DNA of 64,000 nucleotides from an uncultured Muribaculaceae bacterium. Its GTDB lineage: Bacteria > Bacteroidota > Bacteroidia > Bacteroidales > Muribaculaceae. The stretch lies in contig CAJLTZ010000001.1 of the NCBI GenBank assembly GCA_905209725.1, positions 53 to 64,052 of the forward strand, in the 5' to 3' direction. Shown here one piece after another: positions 27,810 through 39,700 of the stretch. The position numbers and the translations under genes were made by a program. A model generated the notes under the pieces. That model saw only the letters and a list, made by a program, of their open reading frames with translations, was not told the origin of the DNA and did no database searches. The stretch's first letter is position 1. Each line of letters begins with the position of its first letter.

Positions 27810-29282
27810 TTAATTGCCCGGTGAATAGTTGGGCGCCTCCTTGGTGATGGTCACATCGTGGGGATGGTTTTCCACCACGGCGGCAGAGGTGATTCTCACA
27901 AACTTGGCATTGTGTAGAGCGTCGATATCCTTGGCGCCGCAATAGCCCATACCGGAGCGTAGGCCACCGATGAGTTGGTATACAGTCTCGCCGAGCGAAC
28001 CCTTATAGGGAACGCGAGCCACGATACCTTCCGGCACGAGTTTGTTGGAATCCATCTGGTCGCCCTGGAAATAGCGGTCCTTCGAACCGGCCTGCATGGC
28101 TTCCACGGAACCCATTCCACGATAAGCTTTAAATTTACGGCCATTGTAGATGATAGTCTCGCCCGGGGACTCCTCCACACCTGCGAGCATCGAGCCCATC
28201 ATCACGCAGTCGCCGCCTGCAGCAAGCGCCTTCACCACGTCGCCCGAATAGCGGAGTCCTCCGTCGGCGATTACCGGCACATCATGGCGATGAGCAGCCT
28301 CGGCGGCGTCGTAGATGGCTGTAAGTTGGGGCACGCCGACTCCGGCCACAATGCGGGTGGTGCATATGGACCCCGGGCCTATACCTACCTTTATTCCGTC
28401 GGCACCCGCAGCCACCAGATATTCGGCAGCCTCGGCAGTGGCGATATTGCCCACCACCACATCAAGGTCGGGATAAGCCTCCTTCACAGCACGGAGAGTG
28501 CGCACCACATTGGCCGAATGGCCGTGTGCGGTATCGATCACCACAGCATCAACGCCATTCTCCACAAGCGCAGCCACGCGCTGAAGCGTGTCGTGGGTCA
28601 CACCTACGCCGGCTGCCACACGCAGACGTCCCTTGGAATCCTTGCAGGCATTAGGAAATTCGCGAATCTTCGTGATGTCGCGATATGTGATGAGACCCAC
28701 GAGATGGTTCTCCTCATCTACCACAGGGAGTTTCTCAATCTTGTTCTGCAGCAGAATCTGCGAAGCCTCCTCCATGTCGGCATGGCGCGTGGTGACAAGA
28801 TTCTCTGACGTCATCACTGTGGCCACGGGCAGCGACATATCCTGCTGGAAGCGGAGGTCGCGGTTGGTCACAATGCCGATGAGATGGCGTTCGTCATCAA
28901 TTACGGGGATGCCGCCGATGCGGTTTTCACGCATGAGGCGCAGCGCGTCGGCCACGGTCTTGTCGCGGGTGATGGTCACCGGGTCATAGATCATGCCGGA
29001 GTCGGCGCGTTTCACCTTGCGCACCTGCTCTGCCTGACGGGCAATCGACATATTCTTATGAATCACGCCGATGCCGCCCTCGCGGGCGATGGCGATGGCC
29101 ATAGGTGCTTCTGTCACAGTGTCCATGGCGGCTGAAACCACCGGGATGTTCAACTTGATATTACGCGAGAAGCGCGATCCGAGACACACCTTGTCGGGTG
29201 TCACCTCCGAATAGGCCGGAATGAGAAGCACGTCGTCAAACGTCATTCCCTCCTGTGCTATCTTGTTTTCTATGAAACTCAT
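27810..29282 (-). CDS. guaB: IMP dehydrogenase
   Basis: CBS pair plus a TIM barrel with the catalytic loop [11 protein letters not shown]. Confidence 0.95.
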   Translation of the reverse strand: MSFIENKIAQEGMTFDDVLLIPAYSEVTPDKVCLGSRFSRNIKLNIPVVSAAMDTVTEAPMAIAIAREGGIGVIHKNMSIARQAEQVRKVKRADSGMIYDPVTITRDKTVADALRLMRENRIGGIPVIDDERHLIGIVTNRDLRFQQDMSLPVATVMTSENLVTTRHADMEEASQILLQNKIEKLPVVDEENHLVGLITYRDITKIREFPNACKDSKGRLRVAAGVGVTHDTLQRVAALVENGVDAVVIDTAHGHSANVVRTLRAVKEAYPDLDVVVGNIATAEAAEYLVAAGADGIKVGIGPGSICTTRIVAGVGVPQLTAIYDAAEAAHRHDVPVIADGGLRYSGDVVKALAAGGDCVMMGSMLAGVEESPGETIIYNGRKFKAYRGMGSVEAMQAGSKDRYFQGDQMDSNKLVPEGIVARVPYKGSLGETVYQLIGGLRSGMGYCGAKDIDALHNAKFVRITSAAVVENHPHDVTITKEAPNYSPGN

Positions 29283-29285
29283 AAA

Positions 29286-30578
29286 TTAGAAGTTGTTAAG
29301 ATTCTTGTCCTTGATGATTGTCTGAGTGCGGTCGGGTCCCACGGAAATCATTCCTACGGGCACGCCTGTAATCTCCTCGATGCGTGCCACATAGTTCTTT
29401 GCGTTCTGCGGCAGCTGGTCGAATTCTCTGATCTGGGTGATATCCTCTTTCCAGCCGGGAAGGGTTTCATACACGGGTGTGCAGCGGGAGAGGGAGGCGA
29501 TTGTGGAGGGAGGCGACTGTATCTTGCGGCCGTCGAGTTCATAGGCGGTGCAGATCTTCACTTCATCGAGCCCGGAGAGCACGTCGAGCAGCATGATTGC
29601 CCAATGGGTGGTGCCGGCAAGACGGGAAGTGTAACGGGCCACTACGGCGTCAAACCAGCCGATGCGGCGGGGACGTCCGGTCACAGTGCCATATTCATGT
29701 CCGCGTTCGCGGATGCCGTCGCCGATGGCGTCGTGCAGTTCGGTGGGGAAGGGCCCTTCTCCCACGCGTGTGCAGTAAGCCTTTGCCACGCCCACCACCT
29801 CCGAAATCCATTTCGGGGCGATGCCGGCGCCTGTGGGCACGGATGCCGCTGAGGGCGACGAACTGGTGACAAACGGATATGTGCCGTGGTCGATGTCGAG
29901 CATCTGACCCTGCGCCCCCTCAAAGAGGATGTGGGCGTCGGTGAGCAGGGCCTTGTTGATTAGGTCTGAGGTGTCGCAGATGCGGGGGCCGAGTTCCTTG
30001 GCGAGTTCCATATACTGCTCGTATACCTCGTCGGCCTTGAATGTGTCAAGGCCAAGCATCTGGAGTTCTTTGTTCTTAACCTCCAGGGCAGCCTCAAGAC
30101 GCATGCGGAAATATTCCGGCTCTAAAAGGTCGCCCATGCGCAGTCCGATGCGGCTGTACTTGTCGGCATATGCCGGGCCGATACCCTTCTTGGTGGTGCC
30201 GATCTTGGCATTTCCCTTACCGGCCTCGTAGGCGCCGTCGAGCACCGGATGCCAGGGCATCACCATGGCGGCACGGTCGGAGATATACAATTGGTAATCG
30301 CGTATGCCCTGCTCATTGAGGCGCTTCAGCTCGGCTACCACCGACACCGGATTCACCACCATGCCGTTTCCCATCACATTCACCGTGTTGGGATTGAAGA
30401 TCCCCGAGGGGATGCTTTGCAGAGAATACTTGTGGCCGTCGAATACGACCGAATGGCCGGCATTGTTGCCGCCCTGGTATCTCACCGCCATATTCGCCCT
30501 TGTGGCGAAATAGTCGGTGATCTTTCCTTTGCCTTCGTCGCCCCATTGCGAGCCGACCACTACGAGAGTCTTAGACAT
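29286..30578 (-). CDS. purA: adenylosuccinate synthase
   Basis: GSQWGDEGKGK P-loop and GTTKKGIGP motif. Confidence 0.95.
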   Translation of the reverse strand: MSKTLVVVGSQWGDEGKGKITDYFATRANMAVRYQGGNNAGHSVVFDGHKYSLQSIPSGIFNPNTVNVMGNGMVVNPVSVVAELKRLNEQGIRDYQLYISDRAAMVMPWHPVLDGAYEAGKGNAKIGTTKKGIGPAYADKYSRIGLRMGDLLEPEYFRMRLEAALEVKNKELQMLGLDTFKADEVYEQYMELAKELGPRICDTSDLINKALLTDAHILFEGAQGQMLDIDHGTYPFVTSSSPSAASVPTGAGIAPKWISEVVGVAKAYCTRVGEGPFPTELHDAIGDGIRERGHEYGTVTGRPRRIGWFDAVVARYTSRLAGTTHWAIMLLDVLSGLDEVKICTAYELDGRKIQSPPSTIASLSRCTPVYETLPGWKEDITQIREFDQLPQNAKNYVARIEEITGVPVGMISVGPDRTQTIIKDKNLNNF

Positions 30579-30612
30579 ATCTTTCTTTGTGTGATTTTTA
30601 ATTCTTATTTCC

Positions 30613-31911
30613 TCACTCCTTGATGCCGTTGCGGTCGAAGATATACTGCACGTTCTTCATATAATAGTCGAGCGTGAAGCAAGCCTCGAGTTCCTCATCC
30701 GTGAGGTTGGCCTTTATGGTGGGATCCTCGCGAAGCAGGTCGATGTAAGGCACGCCGGCGGCCATGGCGCGCATTGCCACGGGCTGCACCGTGTCGTAAG
30801 CTTTCTCACGTGCGAAACCCTTGCCGATGAGTGCGTTCATCACACGCTGGGCGAAGATCACGCCGTTGGTGATGTAGATGTTCTGCTTCATGCGCTCTGG
30901 GAACACGGTGAGGTTGCCCAGGATATTGCCCATCCGGTTGAGCATATAGTCGAGAAGCATAGTGGCATCGGGGAGGATGATTCGCTCTGTGGCAGAATGG
31001 GAGATGTCGCGTTCATGCCAGAGAGCCACATTCTCATAGGCCGTGGCCATATATCCGCGGAGCACACGGGCGCATCCGCACATATTTTCCGAACCGATGG
31101 GATTGCGCTTATGGGGCATGGCCGAAGAACCCTTCTGGCCCTTGCCGAAAGCCTCCTCCACCTCGTGCACCTCAGTGCGCTGCAGGCCGCGGATCTCCAT
31201 GGCCATCTGCTCGATGGAGGCGCCGATGAGGGCGATGGTGGCAAGATAATAAGCGTGACGGTCGCGCTGGATCACCTGCGTGGACACATTCGACGACTCG
31301 ATGCCGAGTTTCTCGCACACATAGTCCTGCACGAAGGGGGGAATGTTGGCGAAATTACCAACGGCACCGCTAATCTTTCCGACCTCCACTCCGCGAGCAG
31401 CCTCGTCGAAGCGCTTGATATTGCGCTGCATCTCGGCGTGCCAGAGCACCCATTTGAGGCCGAAAGATGTGATGTCGGCATGGATGCCGTGCGTACGGCC
31501 GATGCAGGGGGTGTATTTATATTTCAAAGCCTGGCTGCGGAGCATCGCGGCGAAGTTCTGAAGGTCGGCACGCAGGATGTCGTTGGCCTGCTTGAGAAGA
31601 TAACCGTTGGCCGTGTCCACAACGTCGGTCGATGTCAGGCCATAATGTATCCACTTGCGCTCCTCGCCGAGGCTCTCGCTCACGGCGCGTGTGAAGGCCA
31701 CGATGTCGTGGCGCGTCTGCTCCTCTATCTCCTTGATGCGGGGGATGCTGAAGGTGGCTTTCTCCCAGAGAAGTTTAACATCCTCTGCCGGAACCACACC
31801 AAGCTCGCGCCAGGCTTCGGCGGCCAGAATCTCTACGCGAAGATAGGCATTGAATTTATTCTCTTCTGTCCAGATGGCCCGCATCTCGGGTCGTGAATAT
31901 CTTTCAATCAT
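30613..31911 (-). CDS. purB: adenylosuccinate lyase
   Basis: Fumarase/ASL superfamily signature GSSAMPHKRNP. Confidence 0.93.
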   Translation of the reverse strand: MIERYSRPEMRAIWTEENKFNAYLRVEILAAEAWRELGVVPAEDVKLLWEKATFSIPRIKEIEEQTRHDIVAFTRAVSESLGEERKWIHYGLTSTDVVDTANGYLLKQANDILRADLQNFAAMLRSQALKYKYTPCIGRTHGIHADITSFGLKWVLWHAEMQRNIKRFDEAARGVEVGKISGAVGNFANIPPFVQDYVCEKLGIESSNVSTQVIQRDRHAYYLATIALIGASIEQMAMEIRGLQRTEVHEVEEAFGKGQKGSSAMPHKRNPIGSENMCGCARVLRGYMATAYENVALWHERDISHSATERIILPDATMLLDYMLNRMGNILGNLTVFPERMKQNIYITNGVIFAQRVMNALIGKGFAREKAYDTVQPVAMRAMAAGVPYIDLLREDPTIKANLTDEELEACFTLDYYMKNVQYIFDRNGIKE

Positions 31912-31954
31912 TGTGTAATACTTAAGTCAAAATTATTGAATAAGGAATAGGGAA

Positions 31955-32812
31955 TCAATTGTCCCGGCTCATTTTGTTGAGATAGCATTTAAGGGTATTT
32001 TCCATGAGGCAGGCGCGCGTCATGGGTCCCACTCCTCCGGGCACAGGTGTAATCACCGAAGCCTTCGGAGCCACATGCTCATAGTCCACATCGCCGGCAA
32101 GTTTGCCGGTGGCCGGGTCGCGGTTCACGCCCACGTCGATCACCACGGCGCCGGGGGCCACCATATCCTCGGTGACGAAGCGGAGACGCCCCACTGCCGC
32201 CACCAGGATATCAGCCTCACGGGTGATGGCGGCCAGGTCCTTGGTGCGTGAATGCGCTATGGTCACGGTGGCATTGCGGTCGAGAAGCATCTTGGCCATC
32301 GGAAGGCCCACAATGTTGCTGCGGCCTATCACCACGGCGCGTTTTCCTTCGATTTCCACTCCGGCCTTGTCGAGGAGATGGATGATGCCCTGCGGCGTGC
32401 AGGGATTGATGCACTCACGCTTTTGCCAGAGTGCGGCCACATTCTCGGGATGGAATCCGTCTACGTCCTTCTCATGGCTGATGGCCGCAATCACGCGGTC
32501 CTCGTCGATATGTTTCGGCACGGGGAGCTGCACCAGAATGCCATCCACGGTGTCGTCGCCGTTGAGTCCTTCGATAATCTCGAGAAGATGACTCTCCTCT
32601 GTATCTTCGGGAAGACGGATGGTGGTGCTCTTGTAGCCAACCTGTTCGGCGTCTTTGCCTTTCGATTTTACATAACTCTGGCTGGCCGGATCCTCGCCCA
32701 CGAGGATCACCGCCAGATGCGGCGCACGGCCATATTTCTCTGTCAATGCGGGTACCTGCTCCGCTATGCCTGCCTTTATCTCTTTGGCCAGGTCTTTTCC
32801 GCTAATATCCAC
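31955..32812 (-). CDS. folD: bifunctional 5,10-methylene-THF dehydrogenase / methenyl-THF cyclohydrolase
   Basis: 285 aa, VILVGEDPASQSYV and GRSNIVGLPMAKMLL motifs. Confidence 0.93.
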   Translation of the reverse strand: MDISGKDLAKEIKAGIAEQVPALTEKYGRAPHLAVILVGEDPASQSYVKSKGKDAEQVGYKSTTIRLPEDTEESHLLEIIEGLNGDDTVDGILVQLPVPKHIDEDRVIAAISHEKDVDGFHPENVAALWQKRECINPCTPQGIIHLLDKAGVEIEGKRAVVIGRSNIVGLPMAKMLLDRNATVTIAHSRTKDLAAITREADILVAAVGRLRFVTEDMVAPGAVVIDVGVNRDPATGKLAGDVDYEHVAPKASVITPVPGGVGPMTRACLMENTLKCYLNKMSRDN

Positions 32813-32856
32813 TGTTTCAGCGTAATATTTAGTGTAATTATTATTCCTTTTCTCTT

Positions 32857-34113
32857 TTACTTTGCAGCGCCGATATCTCTTCTATAGAAGAATCCGGGGC
32901 ATTCGAGGCTGTCGATTCGACGATAGGCTTCTTCGCGGGCCATTTCAAAAGATGACGCCATCGCTGTCACCATCAGCACGCGGCCTCCTGACGAGAGGAG
33001 TTTGCCGTCGCGCTCCACGGTGCCCATGTGATAGATGCCATCGATGTTGTCGGCACCCTTGATCTCAAGTCCTTTCTTGTATTTTCCGGGATAGCCCTCG
33101 GCGGCGAGCACTACGCCAAGCACCGTTTCCGGACGCCAGCGGATCTCGCAGTCCTCCCCATCCACAGCTGCGGATATGAGCCGGCCGAAATCACTCTCGA
33201 TACGCGGAAGCACCACCTCTGTTTCCGGGTCGCCGAAGCGGGCGTTGAATTCTATCACCTTCGGCACGCCGCGATGCAGAATCAGTCCGCCGTAGAGCAC
33301 TCCGGTAAAGGGATATCCCTCCTCCACCATAGCCTCGGCTACGGGGCGGATGATGGTGTTCAGTGCTGTCTTGCGGATCTCGTTAGTGACGAATGGCACG
33401 GGGGAATAGGCTCCCATACCTCCGGTGTTGGGGCCACGGTCATGGTCGTAGGCACGTTTGTGGTCGCGGGCTATGGCAAGAGGATAGACCTTCGTGCCGT
33501 TCACGATGCACATGAACGAGAACTCCGGGCCATCGAGGAATTCCTCCACCACCACCTTGCCCTCGCCGAAAGTGCCGTCGAGAAGCATGTCGCGCAGAGC
33601 ATCCTCGGCCTCCGCGAGTGTCAGCGCCACCACTACGCCCTTGCCTGCCGCCAGTCCGTCGTATTTGATTACTACCGGAATCGAACCTGCCTTAACATAG
33701 GCCAGGGCCTCGTCATAGTCGGTGAATGTGCGGTAGGAGGCTGTCGGAATTCCGTGGCGCGCCATCAGGTCTTTGGCAAACTGCTTGCTGCTTTCGATGC
33801 GGGCGGCGCTCTGCGTCGGGCCGAACACCCTGAGTCCGGCCTCGCGGAATCGGTCCACGATTCCCATTGCAAGCGGTGCCTCGGGACCTACTATGGTGAG
33901 GTCGATGTCGTGGCTGCGGGCGAAGTCGAGAAGCGCCGGTATGTCGGTAACTCCGATGGCCACGCATTCAGCCTGTCGGCCTATGCCGGCATTGCCGGGG
34001 GCAGCGTAGATTTTCGCCACGCTCTCCGAACGCGAAAGGGCGTCGACAATCGCGTGGCAGCGGCCTCCGCCACCTATAACCAGCACTTTCATATCCTTGT
34101 CTTTCTTATCCAT
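32857..34113 (-). CDS. purD: phosphoribosylamine--glycine ligase
   Basis: MKVLVIGGGGR...ATP-grasp. The start may instead be the Met 7 codons downstream (34092). Confidence 0.92.
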   Translation of the reverse strand: MDKKDKDMKVLVIGGGGRCHAIVDALSRSESVAKIYAAPGNAGIGRQAECVAIGVTDIPALLDFARSHDIDLTIVGPEAPLAMGIVDRFREAGLRVFGPTQSAARIESSKQFAKDLMARHGIPTASYRTFTDYDEALAYVKAGSIPVVIKYDGLAAGKGVVVALTLAEAEDALRDMLLDGTFGEGKVVVEEFLDGPEFSFMCIVNGTKVYPLAIARDHKRAYDHDRGPNTGGMGAYSPVPFVTNEIRKTALNTIIRPVAEAMVEEGYPFTGVLYGGLILHRGVPKVIEFNARFGDPETEVVLPRIESDFGRLISAAVDGEDCEIRWRPETVLGVVLAAEGYPGKYKKGLEIKGADNIDGIYHMGTVERDGKLLSSGGRVLMVTAMASSFEMAREEAYRRIDSLECPGFFYRRDIGAAK

Positions 34114-34131
34114 TATCTTATGCGGTGCTTA

Positions 34132-35661
34132 TCAATGCTTGAAATGGCGCATACCCGTGAAGAGCATGACGATACCTTTTTCATCGGCTTTCTTCACGGA
34201 GTCCTCGTCGCGGATTGAGCCGCCGGGCTGCACGATGGCTGTCACGCCATAATGCGATGCCTGCTCCACGGTGTCGTCGAAGGGAAGGAAGCCGTCGGAT
34301 GCGAGCACAAGACCCTCGGTGGCGCCTGCTGCCTTGGCCTCTTCAAGGGCGATGGTGGCCGAACCTACGCGGTTCATCTGGCCGGCACCAACTCCGAGTG
34401 TGGCTCCATCTTTCACCACCACGATGGCGTTGCTCTTCACATGCTTCACGATTTTCCAGCCGAAATTCAGGTCGGCCAGTTCGCGTACCGAGGGATGACG
34501 CTTGGTGACTGTCATCGCATCGGTCACCTCTAAGCATTCCGTGTCGGCGTCTTGCACAAGCAGACCGCCGGTAACAGCCACATACTGGTCGCGCTTCTCT
34601 CCGCGCTTCTCCATCTTTACCTCCAGGAGGCGCAGGTTTTTCTTCGAGGAGAGAACTTCGAGTGCCTCCGGTTCGAATGCGGGAGCCATTACAATCTCGA
34701 GGAATATCGGTTTGAGGGCGCGGGCGGTCTCGGCGTTCAGCGGACGGTTGAAAGCCACGATGCCGCCATAGATGCTCACCTTGTCAGCTTCGTATGCGCG
34801 TGTCCAGGCATCGAGCACGTCTGCGCCTACGGCTGCTCCGCAGGGGTTCATATGCTTGAGGCCTACGCAGAAGGGCTCCTCAAATTCGCTTACAATCTCA
34901 AGGGCTGCATTGGCATCCTGGATATTGTTGTAGCTCAGTTCCTTGCCCTGAAGTTGACGGGCGTTGGCCACGGAATAGGAATATTCCACCGGGCCACGGA
35001 AGAATTTAGCCTTCTGGTGAGGATTCTCTCCATAGCGGAGGGGCTGCACCTCGTCGAAACTGAGGAAGAGTTTCTCGGGAAGACCGGCCTGACGACGCAT
35101 ATATTCGGCGATGTGGCTGTCATAGAGTGCGGTATGAGTGTAAGCCTTTGCGCTCAACTGCAGACGGTGTTCCTCGCTCGTGTTGCCATTCTCGGCTATC
35201 TCCTTGAGGATGGGCTCATAATCGTCGGGGTCGCATACCACTGTCACGCTCTTGCAGTTCTTGGCTGCGCTGCGGAGCATCGAGGGTCCGCCTATGTCGA
35301 TATGCTCGATGGCGTCTTCAAGAGTCACGTCGGGCTTGGCAACTGTGGCCTCGAAAGGATAGAGGTTGACGCACACAAGGTCGATAAGGCCGATGCCGTT
35401 CTCTGAAAGCTGTGCCATATCGGATGGATTGTCACGACGGCCAAGAAGGGCGCCGTGCACTTTCGGATGAAGCGTCTTTACGCGTCCACCGCAAATCTCC
35501 GGAAATCCTGTGATTTCACTGATGCCGGTCACTTTCACGCCATTGTCGATGAGCAATTTCATTGTGCCGCCGGTGGCGATTATCTCCCATCCCATATTCT
35601 CGAGGGCAGAGGCGAACTCCACCACTCCGCGCTTGTCGCTTACGCTGATTAAAGCCTTCAT
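34132..35661 (-). CDS. purH: bifunctional AICAR transformylase / IMP cyclohydrolase
   Basis: MGS-like N-terminus (MKALISVSDKRGVVEFA) and AICARFT C-terminus ending FTGMRHFKH. Start trimmed from the ORF-track extension to the conserved Met. Confidence 0.93.
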   Translation of the reverse strand: MKALISVSDKRGVVEFASALENMGWEIIATGGTMKLLIDNGVKVTGISEITGFPEICGGRVKTLHPKVHGALLGRRDNPSDMAQLSENGIGLIDLVCVNLYPFEATVAKPDVTLEDAIEHIDIGGPSMLRSAAKNCKSVTVVCDPDDYEPILKEIAENGNTSEEHRLQLSAKAYTHTALYDSHIAEYMRRQAGLPEKLFLSFDEVQPLRYGENPHQKAKFFRGPVEYSYSVANARQLQGKELSYNNIQDANAALEIVSEFEEPFCVGLKHMNPCGAAVGADVLDAWTRAYEADKVSIYGGIVAFNRPLNAETARALKPIFLEIVMAPAFEPEALEVLSSKKNLRLLEVKMEKRGEKRDQYVAVTGGLLVQDADTECLEVTDAMTVTKRHPSVRELADLNFGWKIVKHVKSNAIVVVKDGATLGVGAGQMNRVGSATIALEEAKAAGATEGLVLASDGFLPFDDTVEQASHYGVTAIVQPGGSIRDEDSVKKADEKGIVMLFTGMRHFKH

Positions 35662-35704
35662 ACTTTGAATAATGTTGAATTTTGAATTTTGAATTAACGC
35701 TACG

Positions 35705-36733
35705 TTAATTTTTAATGGTGACTCCTTTCCCTCTGACCACCTTGCCAATCACTCTCGGGCTCAGTCCGGAAGCGCGCAGCGACTCGAGAGCCTTGTCGCT
35801 GTCGGCGGCGCTGACGGCTATCACCATGCCGATGCCCATGTTGAAGATATTGAACATCTCGCGATGAGGCACCTTGCCATATTTCTCAAGCATATGGAAC
35901 ACCGGAAGAATTTCCCAACTTCCCTCCTTGATTTCCACGCCGAGTCCTTCGGAAAGTATGCGGGGGATATTCTCGTCGAATCCGCCGCCGGTGATGTGAG
36001 CCACGCCGTGAACGTCAACATTCTCCATCAGTGCGAGCACTGGGCGAACATAGATGGCAGTCGGAGTGAGAAGCATCTCGCCAAGGGTGAGTTCTCCTGT
36101 CTCATCATATTTGGCGTTGAGGTCAAGATTGGCGTCGGCCACAATCTTGCGCACGAGCGAGAAACCATTGGAGTGTACGCCGGTGGAGGGGAGACCGATA
36201 AGCACATCGCCCTCGGCCACCTTGGAGCCGTCGATGAGACGCTCCTTTTCCACAGCGCCTACCGTGAATCCGGCGATATCGTAATCTTCGGGAGCATACA
36301 TACCCGGCATCTCAGCCGTTTCGCCGCCCACCAGAGCGCAGTTGGCCTGGCGGCAGCCCTCGGCCACACCGCTCACAATGGCTTCCACCACTTCGGGACG
36401 GTTTTTGCCGACTGCCACATAATCGAGGAAGAGCAGCGGTGCCGCGCCCTGGGCCAGAACATCGTTGACACACATGGCCACGGCGTCGATGCCGATTGTG
36501 TCGTGGCGGTTGAGCGCAAAGGCGATCTTCAGTTTTGTGCCCACACCGTCGGTGCCGCTCACAAGTATCGGGTGCTTATAGCCGAGGCTGCCGAGATCGA
36601 ACATACCGCCGAAGGCGCCGATGCCCCCCATGCAGCCGGGGCGTTTCGTGGAGGCCACATGCTTCTTGATGCGGCTCACTACCTCATATCCCGCCTCCAG
36701 ATTCACACCGGAGGCTTCATAACTCTTTGCCAT
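35705..36733 (-). CDS. purM: phosphoribosylformylglycinamidine cyclo-ligase (AIR synthetase)
   Basis: PurM N- and C-domain motifs ([20 protein letters not shown]). Confidence 0.93.
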   Translation of the reverse strand: MAKSYEASGVNLEAGYEVVSRIKKHVASTKRPGCMGGIGAFGGMFDLGSLGYKHPILVSGTDGVGTKLKIAFALNRHDTIGIDAVAMCVNDVLAQGAAPLLFLDYVAVGKNRPEVVEAIVSGVAEGCRQANCALVGGETAEMPGMYAPEDYDIAGFTVGAVEKERLIDGSKVAEGDVLIGLPSTGVHSNGFSLVRKIVADANLDLNAKYDETGELTLGEMLLTPTAIYVRPVLALMENVDVHGVAHITGGGFDENIPRILSEGLGVEIKEGSWEILPVFHMLEKYGKVPHREMFNIFNMGIGMVIAVSAADSDKALESLRASGLSPRVIGKVVRGKGVTIKN

Positions 36734-36781
36734 ATATTGTTTTAGTGCTGAGTTGTTATTCAGTTTGATAATTTTTATTTG

Positions 36782-39700
36782 CTATTTGCGGAAATATTCC
36801 ACGGCATTGCGGAAGATATTCTGTTCCTTGTTGCCGGGCACATTCTTCAGCAGCCCCTTGCGGTATCTCTCCGAGTGACCCATCTTTCCGAGAATGCGTC
36901 CGTCGGGCGATACGATACCCTCGATGGCCCAGGTGCTGCCGTTGGGGTTATAGGGGGATTCCATTGTGGCGTGGCCATCCTCGCCTGCATACTGGAAAGC
37001 AATCTGGCCGTTGCGCATCAGAATCTCACGCAGTTCGCGGGAGGCGGTGAATTTTCCCTCGCCGTGCGACATAGGAACGGCATGAAGCTCGCCTACATGG
37101 AAACTCGAGAGCCAAGGCGATGCCGTGGTGGCCACGCGCGTGTTGGCTATCAACGAGATGTGGCGGTTGATGTTGTTGCGGAAGAGTGTGGGCGATTCCG
37201 GTGTGAGGTCGCCGATCTTTCCGAAAGGAAGCAGACCTGATTTCACAAGTGCCTGGAATCCATTGCAGATACCCAGGATGAGACCGCCGCGCGCTATCAG
37301 ACGTTCCACAGCAGCCTTGACCTCGGCATTAAGGAGCACTGAGGCAATAAACTTGCCGGAGCCGTCGGGTTCGTCGGCCGCCGAGAATCCGCCGCTGATT
37401 GCGAGGATGTGGCAACGGTCGATATTCTCCGCCATCTCGCGGCAGGAGTCGGCGATATCTTCGGCCGACAGGTTGCGGAACACGCCGATGCATGTCCTTG
37501 CTCCCTCGGCCTCGAATGCGCCTTTCATGTCGTAGTCGCAGTTGGTGCCCGGGAAAACGGGGAGGAACACAAGTGGATGCTCCGCTTTTTCGCCGGGATA
37601 GTCAGCGGCCTTGCGTGTGCAGCAGGCATCGGGCGCATCGCCATCGGCATCTGCCTTCTCGGGATATACTGTCGTGTAGTCACCCTCCAGGGCTGCAATC
37701 ACATCGCAGAGCGGAGTTACATTGTCATTTACGGAGATGCTTTCCTCTTCCACCGTTTCGCCAATTTTCACGGCGCCGGGAATTGAGAGGTCGGCATCGG
37801 CCTCAAGGATGAAGCCGCCATATTGCTTGTCGAAGAGTGTATCGGCGGGAATCTGCGCGCGGGCGCCAATCATGTTGCCCACGGCCATCTTGGCGAGAGC
37901 CTCGCCTATGCCGGCCATGCCGAGGGCGAATCCGGAGAGCACGTGGCCCTTGAGAATCTCTTCGCGGATAGCGTCGAAACGTTCAGCGAGAGCCTTGGTG
38001 TCGGGCATGAAATTATCGCGGCGTGCTGCGGGCACCCACCAGATTGAATTGCCGGCAGCCTTGAACTCGGGGCTGATCACCTCCGATGCCTTCACGGGCG
38101 CCATGCCGAAAGCAATCAGCGTGGGGGGCACGTTGAGATGGCCGAATGTGCCGCTCATGGAGTCTTTGCCTCCGATGGAAGGAAGGCCGAGTTCATGCTG
38201 CATGCGGAGTGCGCCGAGGAGTGCGGCGAGCGGTTTGCCCCAGCTTTCAGGGCTTCCCATGCGTTCGAAATATTCCTGATAGGAGAAGCGCATGCGGCGG
38301 AAGTCGGCGCCTGCGGCCACAGCCTTGGCAGTGGCGTCAACCACGGCCCATGCAGCGCCGTGATAGGGACTCCACTCCGTGAGATAGGGGTCGAAGCCCC
38401 ACGACATCATCGAGGCTGCGTCGGTATGGGCGGAACCTACGGGCAAACGCTGTACGCTCACCTGTGTCTTTGTCAGCGAGGTCTTGCCGCCGAATGGCAT
38501 CAGCACGGTGGAAGCGCCGATGGTGGAGTCGAACATCTCCGCAAGGCCCTTCTGGGCGCTTACGTTCATGTCGGAGAGCGGACCGGCGAGCAGGTCGTTG
38601 GTGGCGGGGCCGCGGAAGGGGTCTTTCTCGCTCACGGCCGTGATGCGGGCCTTGGCGAAATGCGGTGCGCCTGCCGAGTCGATGAATTCACGGCTCAGGT
38701 CGGCCACAACCTCGCCATTGAGCATCATGCGCATACGGCCACGGTCGGTGACATCGGCCACATGGCGAACCTCGATGTTCTCCTCATGGCAATAGCGCAT
38801 GAATTCCTCCATATCCTTTTTCTCCACCACTGCCGACATTCTCTCCTGACTTTCGGAGATGGCGAGTTCAGTGGCGTTGAGGCCGTCGTATTTGGTGGTG
38901 ACGCGGTCGAGGTAGATGTCAAGGCCGTCGGTGAGTTCGCCGATGGCCACGCTCACGCCTCCGGCGCCGAAGTCGTTTGATTTCTTGATAAGGCGAGTCA
39001 CCTCCGGGCGGCGGAAGAGGCGCGAGAGCTTGCGCTCCTCGGGGGCATTTCCTTTCTGCACCTCAGAGCCGCACATCTCGAGGCTCGACTCGTTGTGTTC
39101 CTTGGAGCTGCCTGTGGCGCCACCGATTCCATCGCGTCCTGTGCGGCCGCCGAACATGAGCACCACATCGCCGGGTGCCGGACTTTCACGGCGCACATCG
39201 GCCGCGCGCACGGCTCCGGCCACTGCTCCCACTTCCAGACGCTTGGCCACATAGCCCGGATGGTAAATCTCATGCACATGCGTGGTGGCAAGGCCTATCT
39301 GGTTGCCATAGGAGGAATATCCGGCGGCGGCTCCACGCGAGATTACGCGCTGCGGAAGCTTGCCGGGGAGAGTGTCGGCCACGCTGCGGCGGATGTCGCC
39401 GGCACCGGTGAGGCGCATGGCCTGATATACGTAGGCACGTCCGCTCAGCGGGTCGCGTATCGCGCCGCCAAGACATGTAGAAGCCCCGCCATAGGGCTCT
39501 ATCTCCGTGGGATGATTGTGCGTCTCGTTCTTGAATTGAAGCAGCCATTTCTCTGTGGCGCCATCCACGTCGACGTCCATATATATGGAACAGGCATTGT
39601 TTTCCTCGCTCTCTTCAAGGTCGTCGAGTTTGCCGTGCTTGCGCAGCCAGCGGGCACCTATTGTGGCGAGGTCCATCAGGCAGAGGGGCTTCTGCTCCCG

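Noticed and set aside
33028-34218. 396 aa plus-strand ORF antisense to purD. Other long antisense ORFs inside genes in this window are the same case: 30997-31896 in purB, 35864-36745 in purM, 39095-40192 in purL, 46273-47733 and 47920-48894 in fusA, 49803-50615 in rplD, 51218-51937 in rplB, 3269-4129 in trmB, 10755-11399 in rdgB.
   Set aside because: All lie opposite strongly supported housekeeping genes, have biased nonsense-like composition, and lack start context. They are typical high-GC antisense artefacts.
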